A DNA stretch of 64,000 nt from Gammaproteobacteria bacterium (GTDB lineage: Bacteria > Pseudomonadota > Gammaproteobacteria > Ga0077536): contig CAXXLL010000003.1 in the NCBI GenBank assembly GCA_963662545.2, forward strand, positions 256,001-320,000. The letters run 5' to 3'. Positions within the stretch are counted from its first letter, which is position 1. Every line of letters starts with the position of its first letter. The translations under genes and the position numbers were made by a program. This document shows, piece after piece, positions 31,683-40,977 of this stretch. The notes beneath the pieces are model-generated. The model searched no databases. It saw nothing but the letters and a program-made list of their open reading frames with translations, and had not been told where the DNA came from.

Positions 31683-32093
31683 ATGGCGGATCAAGAAGGC
31701 ATACCGACCGATGCGGTGTCAGTCGACACCGACAATCTTTACCGCGAGGAATCGATAACCGATCTTCGCGCAGCGACGATTCGCCAGCTCATTCCGATCA
31801 AAGTCGACGGCAGCGAAGATAAATCCCGATCGCGCAAGTTCATCGGCGATACGACTCTGATGACGCAAATGGGGCCGATTCCGGTTCAATTTCCACTCGA
31901 AGCAGAGACCTTGGACAAGGCATTCGATCTATTCCCCGACGGCATCAAAGGCGCGATCGCGCGGCTGAACGAGCGCGCCAAGGAGCTGGCCCGCGAGGAG
32001 TCGTCCCGCATTGTCGTACCGGGACAGGGGGGCGCCCGCGGCCTGCCCGCTGGGATGCCCGGCGCCGCGGGCGGCAAACTCATCGTCGACTGA
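31683..32093 (+). CDS. Conserved-looking hypothetical cytoplasmic protein
   Basis: LYREESITD...IRQLIP...SRIVVPG; host-like codon usage. Confidence 0.75.
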   Translation: MADQEGIPTDAVSVDTDNLYREESITDLRAATIRQLIPIKVDGSEDKSRSRKFIGDTTLMTQMGPIPVQFPLEAETLDKAFDLFPDGIKGAIARLNERAKELAREESSRIVVPGQGGARGLPAGMPGAAGGKLIVD

Positions 32094-32154
32094 GCGGCGG
32101 GGAAACGACACGCCGAGCAGCTCGTGCGCGGCGCCTCGCTGAATTCGTGGGTAT

Positions 32155-32787
32155 GTGAGCACATCCGATCTCGGCCTTGAGGCACGTGGGTTGCGCGTTG
32201 AACGCGGCGACACCGTGGTCCTCGACGGCCTGTCCTTCACTGCCGTCCCCGGCTCCATCACACATCTCAAGGGTGACAACGGCAGCGGCAAGACGACTTT
32301 GCTTAGAACGCTAGCGGGTTTGATCCAAGCTGATGCCGGCGACGTGACCTGGCAGGGTACGCCGGTCAGGAATCAATCGGTGATTGCATCCAAGCTCAAC
32401 TTCATCGGACATCAGCCGGGGCTTAACGCCGAACTCACGGCGCACGAGAACCTCGCGTTCATCGCCGCGCTGAGCGCTGCCAGGCAAAGCGTCGATGTAA
32501 CCGCCGCGCTTTCGCGGCTGAACGCGATAGGCATCGCTAACCGGCAGGTCCGCTATCTCTCGGCGGGCCAGCGTCAGCGTATTGCGCTGGCACGGCTGGT
32601 GCTGTTCGAGGCTGAGTTATGGATGCTCGACGAACCGTTCACGGCGCTCGACGCGGCCACCAGGCATATCGTCGAGGAACTGCTGGAAGAACATTTGGAA
32701 CGCGGCGGGATCGCGCTCATCGCCACCCACCAAGCGTTCGAAGCGCGCCGTGAAGTACAGCGAGTCACCTTGGGCGGGCCGCGATGA
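32155..32787 (+). CDS. ccmA: Heme ABC exporter ATPase
   Basis: GDNGSGKT, LSAGQ, WMLDEPF. Confidence 0.95.
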   Translation: MSTSDLGLEARGLRVERGDTVVLDGLSFTAVPGSITHLKGDNGSGKTTLLRTLAGLIQADAGDVTWQGTPVRNQSVIASKLNFIGHQPGLNAELTAHENLAFIAALSAARQSVDVTAALSRLNAIGIANRQVRYLSAGQRQRIALARLVLFEAELWMLDEPFTALDAATRHIVEELLEEHLERGGIALIATHQAFEARREVQRVTLGGPR

Positions 32788-33464
32788 GGAACGATAGCAC
32801 GACTATCTTGATAACCGTCGTCGCCAGGGACCTGCTGCGAACCGCACGCAGTCAGACCGAAGCCATCTACCCCTTGGTTTTCTTTGCGCTCTGCGTGCTG
32901 ATGTTTCCGTTCGCGATCGGCCCCGACGCCGGATTTCTGGAACGTATTGCGCCGGGCATCCTCTGGGTATCGGCGCTGCTCGCCGCCGCCCTCTCGCTCG
33001 AGAACCTCTTTCGCGGAGATTACCTGGAAGGCACCCTCGAATTGATGGTCGTTTCAGACGCACCGCTGGTTTTGATCGGTCTCGGTAAATCCTTCGCGCA
33101 CTGGCTGCTCTCGGGCCTGCCGGTGGTGATGATGTCCGTGCCGCTCGGCCTGGCCCTAGCGATCGACCTGGATACACTCCTGACACTCGTCTCCAGCCTC
33201 CTACTTGGAACGCTTACGATGAGCCTCGTCGGGGCGGCGATCAGCGCGTTGACTGTTGGTCTACGGGGCGGCGGCATGCTTCTGGCATTGTTGATCCTGC
33301 CGTTGTACATTCCGATCCTGATATTCGGCGCCGCCGCGGCCGGCAATGCCGCTCGCGGCCTGCCTGCCGATGCCGAGCTGTACTTTCTGGCGGGCCTCAT
33401 GATCCTCGCTGTGACCCTCGCGCCCTGGGCAACGGCCGCCGCCATTCGCATCCGCATGAGTTGA
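32784..33464 (+). CDS. ccmB: Heme exporter permease
   Basis: APGILWV, DYLEGTLE, LPLYIPILIFG. Confidence 0.95.
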   Translation: MRNDSTTILITVVARDLLRTARSQTEAIYPLVFFALCVLMFPFAIGPDAGFLERIAPGILWVSALLAAALSLENLFRGDYLEGTLELMVVSDAPLVLIGLGKSFAHWLLSGLPVVMMSVPLGLALAIDLDTLLTLVSSLLLGTLTMSLVGAAISALTVGLRGGGMLLALLILPLYIPILIFGAAAAGNAARGLPADAELYFLAGLMILAVTLAPWATAAAIRIRMS

Positions 33465-33495
33465 TGCTAGCAGCCCACGATGCCGTCTCGACACC

Positions 33496-33528
33496 TAATG
33501 AACGCTTAATGAACGCTTAATGAACGCT
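33496..33528 (+). repeat. 11-bp tandem repeat x3 (TAATGAACGCT) at the ccmC start
   Basis: Seen directly. Confidence 0.9.
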
Positions 33529-34281
33529 TCGATTTTTCAGCCACTGCACAAATATGCGTCGCTCATGCACTTCCACCGCTTGAGCAAAGCCGCCTCGCCG
33601 TGGGTCGCGTGGTGCAGTGCGGCGTTGTTCGTACCCGGACTCATCGGGGGTCTCTGGTTGGCGCCGGCCGATTACCAGCAGGGCGACAGCTTCCGCATCA
33701 TTTACGTCCACGTCCCGAGCGCGTGGATGTCGCTTTTCATCTACATGACCATGGCGGGTGCGGGTGCGGTGGCGCTGATCTGGAAGATCAAGCTGTCGGA
33801 AATCGTGATGCGGGCAAGCGCAAGCCTGGGCGCCTCGTTCACGTTTCTCGCGCTCGTCACGGGATCGATCTGGGGCAAGCCGATGTGGGGCGCCTGGTGG
33901 GTATGGGACGCGCGCCTGACCTCCGAGTTGATACTCCTGTTCCTATACCTCGGATTCATGGCCTTGCAGAACGCGATTGAAGATCGCCGTGTCGCAGCCC
34001 GCGCGGGTGCGGTACTGGTCTTGATCGGTGCCGTAAACATCCCGATCATTCACTACTCGGTCGAATGGTGGAACACACTGCACCAGGGACCGACGGTTTC
34101 GAAACTCGGCGCACCCTCCATTGATATCGCCATGCTGATTCCCCTGTTGCTGATGGTCGGCGCGTTCATGACCTATTATGCGGCCATCCTGTTGATACGC
34201 GTACGTGCAGAAATCCTGTCCTATGACCGTAATACCGCCTGGGTCCGGGAGCTCGTAATGGCCGGTCCAAACGGAAGGTGA
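33520..34281 (+). CDS. ccmC: Heme exporter CcmC
   Basis: YVHVPSAW, WGKPMWGAWWVWDARLTS, WWNTLHQ. Confidence 0.97.
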   Translation: MNASIFQPLHKYASLMHFHRLSKAASPWVAWCSAALFVPGLIGGLWLAPADYQQGDSFRIIYVHVPSAWMSLFIYMTMAGAGAVALIWKIKLSEIVMRASASLGASFTFLALVTGSIWGKPMWGAWWVWDARLTSELILLFLYLGFMALQNAIEDRRVAARAGAVLVLIGAVNIPIIHYSVEWWNTLHQGPTVSKLGAPSIDIAMLIPLLLMVGAFMTYYAAILLIRVRAEILSYDRNTAWVRELVMAGPNGR

Positions 34282-34460
34282 TCGAGATGAACGAATTTTT
34301 CGCGATGGGCGGCTATGGTGCTTACGTATGGAGCGCCTATGGCATCAGCGCGATTGTAATGGCCGGCAACGTGTTGTTGTCGCGGCGGGCCGAACGTGAA
34401 TTACTGACCCGGCTGGTAGAACGATACGAGGGGGAGGCTGAGAATGACGCCGAGACGTAA
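34278..34460 (+). CDS. ccmD: Heme exporter CcmD
   Basis: FFAMGGYGAYVWSAYG. Confidence 0.9.
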   Translation: MIEMNEFFAMGGYGAYVWSAYGISAIVMAGNVLLSRRAERELLTRLVERYEGEAENDAET

Positions 34461-34887
34461 ACGTATGGTTAGCGTGGTGCTTGTCCTCGCTGGTATGGGC
34501 GTGGCGACAGGACTGATATTGACCGCCTTCGAAAAGAACCTCATGTACTTTTACTCGCCGAGCGAAGTCGCGGCCGGCGAAGTACCCGCAGGCCGCTCTT
34601 TCCGTCTCGGCGGTCTCGTAGTTGAGGGCAGTGTCCTGCGTAGTCCTCAAGGTCTCGGCGTGTGGTTTACCCTGAGCGATCTGGCCGAGGAGCGGGTGGT
34701 GTATTACGAAGGAATCCTGCCGGATCTTTTTCGTGAAGGGCAAGGCATTATCGCCAAGGGACAATTCAATAACACTGGACTGTTCGTCGCGGAGGAAGTC
34801 CTCGCCAAGCACGACGAAAATTACATGCCGCCCGAAGTTGCGGCTGCGCTGGAAAAAACCGCAGCGGCCGGATCCAATCCCCAATGA
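34444..34887 (+). CDS. ccmE: Heme chaperone
   Basis: LPDLFREGQG, LAKHDENY. Confidence 0.97.
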   Translation: MTPRRKRMVSVVLVLAGMGVATGLILTAFEKNLMYFYSPSEVAAGEVPAGRSFRLGGLVVEGSVLRSPQGLGVWFTLSDLAEERVVYYEGILPDLFREGQGIIAKGQFNNTGLFVAEEVLAKHDENYMPPEVAAALEKTAAAGSNPQ

Positions 34888-36866
34888 TCGCGGAGCTCGG
34901 CCATTTCGCCCTGACCATGGCGCTCGCGCTTGCCGTCCTGCAAGCGGTATTTCCGCTGATCGGTGCCCAGCGCGGCGACGTTAGCTGGATGTCCATGGCG
35001 AAACCCGCGGCGCGCGCGCAATGCGTGTTCGTCGTCCTGGCGTTTGCGGCGCTCGCCCATGCATTCGCCAACAACGACTTCTCGCTCGCCTACGTCGCGG
35101 CGAATTCGAACTCCGCATTACCACTGGCCTATCGTCTGTCCGCGATCTGGGGTGCGCACGAGGGATCCTTGCTGCTGTGGGTCTTGATTCTGGCGCTATG
35201 GTCGGCGGCTGTGACGTTCAAGAGCGGCGGATTGCCCATGGCCTTCGTCTCCCGCGTGATCGCAGTCATGGGGATCATCAGTGTCGGCTTTCTCCTGTTC
35301 ATGCTGTTTACCTCCAACCCCTTTCTGCGCCAGATTCCGCCCCCTCTCGACGGCGCCGATTTGAATCCCCTGTTGCAGGATCCGGGGCTCATCATCCACC
35401 CGCCCGTGCTGTACACCGGATACGTCGGGTTTTCCGTCGCCTTTAGTTTTGCCGTCGCCGCGCTGCTCGGCGGGCATCTCGATAGCGCGTGGGCGCGATG
35501 GGCACGACCCTGGACGATACTAGCCTGGGTTTTTCTCACTTTCGGGATCGCGCTTGGGAGCTGGTGGGCCTACTACGAACTCGGCTGGGGCGGCTGGTGG
35601 TTCTGGGACCCGGTCGAAAACGCATCGTTCATGCCGTGGTTGCTGGGCACGGCCTTGATCCACTCCCTCGCCGCGACCGAGAAGCGCGACGTATTCAAGA
35701 ACTGGACCATATTGCTGGCCATCAGCGTGTTCGCTTTGAGTCTGCTGGGTACCTTCATGGTACGTTCCGGCGTATTGACTTCGGTGCATGCATTCGCCAC
35801 CGATCCTACACGTGGGGTTTTCATCCTCATCTTTCTCGGCGTAGTAGTCGGCGGCGCGCTCGCGCTATACGCATGGCGCGGGCCGCGTTCTCTCGCCAGC
35901 GCCGATTTCGCTCCAACCTCCCGTGAATCCTTCCTGCTCGCCAACAGCGTGCTGTTGTCGGTGGCCACGGCGACGGTGCTGCTCGGTACTCTTTATCCGC
36001 TCGTGATCGACGCGTTCGGCCTCGGCAAAATTTCGGTCGGGCCACCGTACTTCAACGCAGTGTTCGTGCCGGTCATGACACCGCTGGTAGTCCTGTTGGG
36101 CCTTGGCCAGTTCGCGCACTGGAAGCGAGATCACTTCGACCGCCTGCTGGCGGCGCTCAAATACCCGCTGTTCGCCTGCGTTCTCATCGCCGCCGGCACC
36201 ACCGCCATGGTCGGCGCCGTTACCGGCGTGGAGGCGATCCTGGGCCTGGTTCTCGCGGCGTGGATCGTGAGTACGACCGTTCGCGGTATCGTGCAACGGT
36301 GTCGTAGACGACAGCGACCGCTGGATGCGCTGTTAGACTTGCCACCCAATTTCGTCGGTCAGGCGGTCGCGCACCTGGGCGTTGCCGTGACCATCGTCGG
36401 CATCACCTTGGTCAGCGCCTACGGTGTCGATAAACACCTGCGTATGGCACCCGGCGATGCAGTCGAACTCGCCGGTTACGAATTTCGTTTCGACGCGTCC
36501 CGGGATGCCACCGGTCCGAACTACGCCGGTACGGAAGCGCAGTTCACGGTCCGGCGCAACGGCCGCCAGGTCGCCATACTAACGGCGCAGAAACGTCATT
36601 ATGCCGTTCGCAACGCGACCATGACCGAAGCCGGTATCGACGCGGGACTGACCCGCGACCTCTACGTCGCGCTCGGTGAACCACTCGATGGCGGCGCCTG
36701 GAGCGTGCGCGTCAGTGTCAAGCCGTTCGTACGATGGTTGTGGCTGGGCGCCATCCTGATGGGCTCGGGTGGCATCATTGCGGTCTGCGACCGGCGCTTT
36801 CGGCGCGTCATCTCACGCGCTACGCGCGGGTCGAAAGACGCTGCGGCGACCGCTGGCGCAACTTAG
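34884..36866 (+). CDS. ccmF: Cytochrome c heme lyase CcmF
   Basis: WAYYELGWGGWWFWDPVENAS, SVHAFA. Confidence 0.97.
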   Translation: MIAELGHFALTMALALAVLQAVFPLIGAQRGDVSWMSMAKPAARAQCVFVVLAFAALAHAFANNDFSLAYVAANSNSALPLAYRLSAIWGAHEGSLLLWVLILALWSAAVTFKSGGLPMAFVSRVIAVMGIISVGFLLFMLFTSNPFLRQIPPPLDGADLNPLLQDPGLIIHPPVLYTGYVGFSVAFSFAVAALLGGHLDSAWARWARPWTILAWVFLTFGIALGSWWAYYELGWGGWWFWDPVENASFMPWLLGTALIHSLAATEKRDVFKNWTILLAISVFALSLLGTFMVRSGVLTSVHAFATDPTRGVFILIFLGVVVGGALALYAWRGPRSLASADFAPTSRESFLLANSVLLSVATATVLLGTLYPLVIDAFGLGKISVGPPYFNAVFVPVMTPLVVLLGLGQFAHWKRDHFDRLLAALKYPLFACVLIAAGTTAMVGAVTGVEAILGLVLAAWIVSTTVRGIVQRCRRRQRPLDALLDLPPNFVGQAVAHLGVAVTIVGITLVSAYGVDKHLRMAPGDAVELAGYEFRFDASRDATGPNYAGTEAQFTVRRNGRQVAILTAQKRHYAVRNATMTEAGIDAGLTRDLYVALGEPLDGGAWSVRVSVKPFVRWLWLGAILMGSGGIIAVCDRRFRRVISRATRGSKDAAATAGAT

Positions 36867-36887
36867 GAAACCTCTGACTAAGTCATG
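36867..36887 (+). mobile_element. Solo MITE-A terminal repeat between ccmF and dsbE
   Basis: TTAG|GAAACCTCTGACTAAGTCATG. Confidence 0.75.
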
Positions 36888-37415
36888 CGATTTGCGCTAC
36901 CGCTGGGGCTCTTCATCCTCGTCGTCGCACTGTTTGGAGTCGGGCTCACGCGCGATCCCAAGCTCGTGCCCTCGCCGCTCATTGGCAAACCGGCACCGGA
37001 CTTCAGGCTGAATTTACTCGCCACGCCCGCCCGCGAGCTCGGCATCGACGACCTGCGCGGGCAGGTCTTTCTGTTGAACGTCTGGGCTTCTTGGTGCGTG
37101 GCCTGCGGCACCGAGCACCCGCTGCTGATCGAGCTGGCGAAATCCGGCACCGTGGAGATCATCGGCCTCAATTACAAGGACGAGCGGCCGGACGCGCTCG
37201 AGTGGCTGCGCCAGCGCGGCGACCCCTATCGTATGAGCCTGCACGATCCGGCCGGCGACTTCGGCCTCGACCTCGGTGTTTACGGAGTACCGGAAACGTT
37301 CGTGATCGATGCCGAGGGCATTATTCGCTACAAGCATATCGGCCCCATCAGCCCGGATGTGCTCAAACGCGAATTGCTGCCGCTGGTGGCGAAACTCAAA
37401 CCCGCTTCCACCTGA
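36885..37415 (+). CDS. dsbE: Thiol:disulfide oxidoreductase CcmG/DsbE
   Basis: WASWCVAC, GVYGVPETF. Confidence 0.95.
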   Translation: MRFALPLGLFILVVALFGVGLTRDPKLVPSPLIGKPAPDFRLNLLATPARELGIDDLRGQVFLLNVWASWCVACGTEHPLLIELAKSGTVEIIGLNYKDERPDALEWLRQRGDPYRMSLHDPAGDFGLDLGVYGVPETFVIDAEGIIRYKHIGPISPDVLKRELLPLVAKLKPAST

Positions 37416-37882
37416 TGCGCGCACTGCTCTGGGCCCTCGCCGCCGCGGTCTTGGTGTTTCGCACCGCGGCCGCGGCCGACGTTCCCGTAGAATTCGATGA
37501 CCCCCGCGATCTCGCGCGTTACGAGTCCCTGCTCGAAGAGCTGCGCTGCCTCGTTTGTCAGAACCAGTCGCTGGCCGACTCGCACGCGGACCTCGCACAG
37601 GACATGCGCGATGAGGTTTACCGTATGGTCAACAATGGCGAACCCGACGCGGCAATCACTGATTTTCTCGTATCGCGCTACGGCGATTTCGTCCTCTACC
37701 GACCACCGATCAAGCCTTCGACCTGGGTTCTTTGGGGCGGCCCTTTCATTTTGCTCGCTACTGCCGCCGGCGTCATAGTGAGCCTCGGGCGGCGGCGGGC
37801 GCGCGAACCCGAGCCACTCGACGAAACGGAGCGCGCGCGGCTTCAAGCCCTGATGAATAACGACGAAACACCGCCGTCGTGA
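37415..37882 (+). CDS. ccmH: Cytochrome c biogenesis CcmH
   Basis: LRCLVCQNQSLADS, RYGDFVLY. Confidence 0.95.
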   Translation: MRALLWALAAAVLVFRTAAAADVPVEFDDPRDLARYESLLEELRCLVCQNQSLADSHADLAQDMRDEVYRMVNNGEPDAAITDFLVSRYGDFVLYRPPIKPSTWVLWGGPFILLATAAGVIVSLGRRRAREPEPLDETERARLQALMNNDETPPS

Positions 37883-39090
37883 TCTTCTGGGGCGCTCTTG
37901 GCTTGATGGTGATCGGCGGACTCGCCATGGTCGTGTTGCCGGCTTTGCGAATGCGGGCGGACGAGCGAATGGACGCGGCGACTGCCGATCAGGTGCGTCG
38001 CATCGATGAATTCACGGCCGACCTCGCGGCCGGCGACATCGATCCCGAGATTTCCGCCGCGTTGCGCGATGAACTCGAACGCGCGGTGATCGACGCCGTG
38101 CCCGTAGCTGACCCGGAACCGTCCGCCGGCGCTAAGCGTGTGACGCCCCGCTTCTTTGCTGCCTGCCTGGTAGTCCCCCTGGTCGCCATCTCGGTATATC
38201 TGCATACCGGATCCCCTCAAATAGCGGAATTCGAAGCCGCCCATCCGGGGCTAACCCTCGCCATGCCGGAAGCATCCGTCGAGATCCTGCTCGAAGAACT
38301 GCGCGAACGCGTGCGCGATGCACCCGACGACCGCGAGGCTTGGATGGTGTTGATCCGCAGTAACATGCAGCTCGGCCGTTATGTCGAAGCGGTCAGTGCG
38401 GCCGAACACCTGTACCGGCTCGCGCCGCGCGATCCGCCGGTCATCCTGGCGTTGATCGATGCGCTCGCCATGTCGCAGGGCGGGCGGATCGGCGGCCGCG
38501 CCGTCGAATTGATCAGCGATGTCCTGACACTCGATCCGAACAACGCCACCGCCCAGATCCTCAAGGGCATCCTCGAACAGGAAGCGGGCGATGGGGCATC
38601 CGCGATGGCCTGGTGGCTTCGCGCACTCGACCAGACGGCGCCAGACTCACCCCTGCGCGAGGAACTGGTGCGGATGATCGACAGCGCCCGCGGTGAGGTA
38701 ACGCCCGCGGCAGCGCCTGCCGCAGCACCCCAAGCGCATGCCACGGCGCGACTCATGATCAGTGTCTCGCTCGATGAATCCCTCACCGCGCGGACCCGTC
38801 CCGAAGATACCGTCTTCGTCATCGCACGCGCGGTGGACGGGCCCAAGATTCCGCTTGCGGTTTCGCGCCACACCCGCGCGCAACTGCCGCTCACCATTTC
38901 GCTGGACGACACGATGGCGATGGTCCCAGGGATGTCGATTACCGATTTCGAAAAGGTTTACGTAGTAGCGCGGATCTCGGCGGCCGGATCGCCGCAAGCG
39001 CACAGCGGCGATCTCGAAGGTAGGTCGGCAGAAATCACTGTTGCCGAAGTGGTCGAAACGGTCGTTCTAATCGACTCCGTGGTGCCGTAA
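37879..39090 (+). CDS. ccmI: Cytochrome c biogenesis CcmI (TPR)
   Basis: Two TM segments, TPRs, C-terminal VFVIARA..GP..PLAV...ARIS..G. Confidence 0.9.
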   Translation: MIFWGALGLMVIGGLAMVVLPALRMRADERMDAATADQVRRIDEFTADLAAGDIDPEISAALRDELERAVIDAVPVADPEPSAGAKRVTPRFFAACLVVPLVAISVYLHTGSPQIAEFEAAHPGLTLAMPEASVEILLEELRERVRDAPDDREAWMVLIRSNMQLGRYVEAVSAAEHLYRLAPRDPPVILALIDALAMSQGGRIGGRAVELISDVLTLDPNNATAQILKGILEQEAGDGASAMAWWLRALDQTAPDSPLREELVRMIDSARGEVTPAAAPAAAPQAHATARLMISVSLDESLTARTRPEDTVFVIARAVDGPKIPLAVSRHTRAQLPLTISLDDTMAMVPGMSITDFEKVYVVARISAAGSPQAHSGDLEGRSAEITVAEVVETVVLIDSVVP

Positions 39091-39250
39091 CAGGCCCCGT
39101 CGGGCTTCCTGGCATCGCTCAGTAGATAAGGTAAGGGGATGATTAATAAAAAGAAATAAAATCGACCTTGCAACCCCGGACGAAATTGCTTGCCACCCCG
39201 AGCCGAGAGCACCTACGCTTGACGCCCCTTGAGGGCCCGAGTACACAGAG

Positions 39251-40006
39251 ATGACTTACTGCTTGGCAATGAAGGTGGACGCGGGTCTCGTGTTCATCGC
39301 TGATTCGCGTACCAACGCCGGCGTGGATCAGATCAGCACCTATTCCAAGATGCACCGTTTCGGGTTCGACGGAGAGCGGCAATTCTGCCTGCTGACCGCG
39401 GGCAATCTTGCGACCAGCCAGGCCATCGTCACCCAGGTTAAATTTGACATCGACCAGACTCTGCCGATCAGTCTGGCGTCGGTCACGACGCTGGCCGAAG
39501 CGACGGAATACGTTGGTCAGGTCAGCATCATGCAACAGCAGAAGGCCGGCGGCGGTCCGGAGTTTGAGGCCAGCATTATCTTTGGCGGTCAGATCGCCGG
39601 ATCCGCCCCCGAGCTCGTGTTGATTTATCCGCAGGGCAATCACATCGCCACGTCTGATACGACGCCGTTTTTTCAGATAGGAGAAAGCAAATACGGCAAG
39701 CCGATACTCGATCGGATCATTACCCGCGACTCCGCCTTGCACACGACGGTCCTCTGCGGACTGGTATCGATGGATTCGACCATGCGCAGTAATGTAACTG
39801 TGGGTCCGCCGATCGAGATTCTCGTTTACGCCACCGATTCGCTGACCATGAACGAACACATTACGCTCAACGAAGACAGCGACTATCTGCGCGAATTGAA
39901 ACGTTCCTGGGACGAGCACCTGAAAGAAGCTTTCCGACAACTGCCACCACCCGAGTGGGCGGGCATGTGGGATCACCCGGACGATGAGGCCTCTGGTCAG
40001 GCCTAG
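39251..40006 (+). CDS. Proteasome-type Ntn protease (Anbu-like)
   Basis: MTYC, DSRTNAGVD, GNLATSQ, QIGESKYGKPILDR, SMDSTMRSN. Confidence 0.9.
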   Translation: MTYCLAMKVDAGLVFIADSRTNAGVDQISTYSKMHRFGFDGERQFCLLTAGNLATSQAIVTQVKFDIDQTLPISLASVTTLAEATEYVGQVSIMQQQKAGGGPEFEASIIFGGQIAGSAPELVLIYPQGNHIATSDTTPFFQIGESKYGKPILDRIITRDSALHTTVLCGLVSMDSTMRSNVTVGPPIEILVYATDSLTMNEHITLNEDSDYLRELKRSWDEHLKEAFRQLPPPEWAGMWDHPDDEASGQA

Positions 40007-40977
40007 GCAGATTCCGCTACGGGCACGAACCAGGTCCGCTGAATAGCATCGTGCAGTTCGTTGAATTCGATCTGCATGGTATCGATGAAATCGAACACCC
40101 CGCTTTTGTCCAGCATCGCGTCCACGTCGACGTCGCGTACGTGGCGAAAAGCGGCGAGCGTAGACGCGACCGCAACCTCATTCTGTGGCAAGGCTTCGAG
40201 GCTTAGCTGCAGTTCCTTGAGGCAGTGAGCGATGGCGCGCGGGAATGCTTCATCGCGCAACAGAAATTCCACCACCTCGTTCGCACGCACGCGTTCGGGT
40301 ACCAGACGACGGTACATCTGTAAGGCGCTCAAGGAGCGCAGTACGCTCATCCAAAGAATGCTTTCGTAAGGCGTGCCGACGACTTCACGTTCGCTTCCGT
40401 CACTGTGCATCCAGCTCACCCACGGAAAGACATTGGCCACGCCGACGTCAATGATCCGGCTGGTCATGTCCGCCCGCTCCAGGTAGCAGCCCGCGCGCAG
40501 AAACTGGTAGGCGCTGTCGCGACTCATGGTCCCGGCAATACTGCCCGCGATGAATTGGCAGGAATTCACGACATGCGTCAGGAATTCATCGCGCCGGCGC
40601 CTGGCGAGCGCCGCTTCGACATGGCCCTGCAAGTAGAGATGGAGATCGTTGATCGCTTCCCAGCTGTTGGCCGGCACGATCTCCCGGACCGTACGGGCGT
40701 TCTCGCGCGCGTTGATGAGCGAACTTACGATCGACGCCGGATTGCTTTCGTCCGCGAGATAGAACTTGACCACATTGCGTTCGTCGGCATTCGTGTAACG
40801 TTCTGCGAATAGCGCATTGCTGTCGGTGATCGCAAAAAGCGATTCCCAGATCAGCTTCGCGGGCCGCGGTAAATCCAGCAACACGTTGCCGTAAACGTTC
40901 ACCAGGCGCGCGGTGCTTTCGACGCGCTCCAGGTGACGGCCCAGCCAGTAGACTCGCTCAGCGACCCGCGACAGCAT
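40003..40977 (-). CDS. Alpha-E domain protein
   Basis: MLSRVAERVYWLGRHLER, ARENAR, LERADMTSR. Confidence 0.92.
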   Translation of the reverse strand: MLSRVAERVYWLGRHLERVESTARLVNVYGNVLLDLPRPAKLIWESLFAITDSNALFAERYTNADERNVVKFYLADESNPASIVSSLINARENARTVREIVPANSWEAINDLHLYLQGHVEAALARRRRDEFLTHVVNSCQFIAGSIAGTMSRDSAYQFLRAGCYLERADMTSRIIDVGVANVFPWVSWMHSDGSEREVVGTPYESILWMSVLRSLSALQMYRRLVPERVRANEVVEFLLRDEAFPRAIAHCLKELQLSLEALPQNEVAVASTLAAFRHVRDVDVDAMLDKSGVFDFIDTMQIEFNELHDAIQRTWFVPVAESA

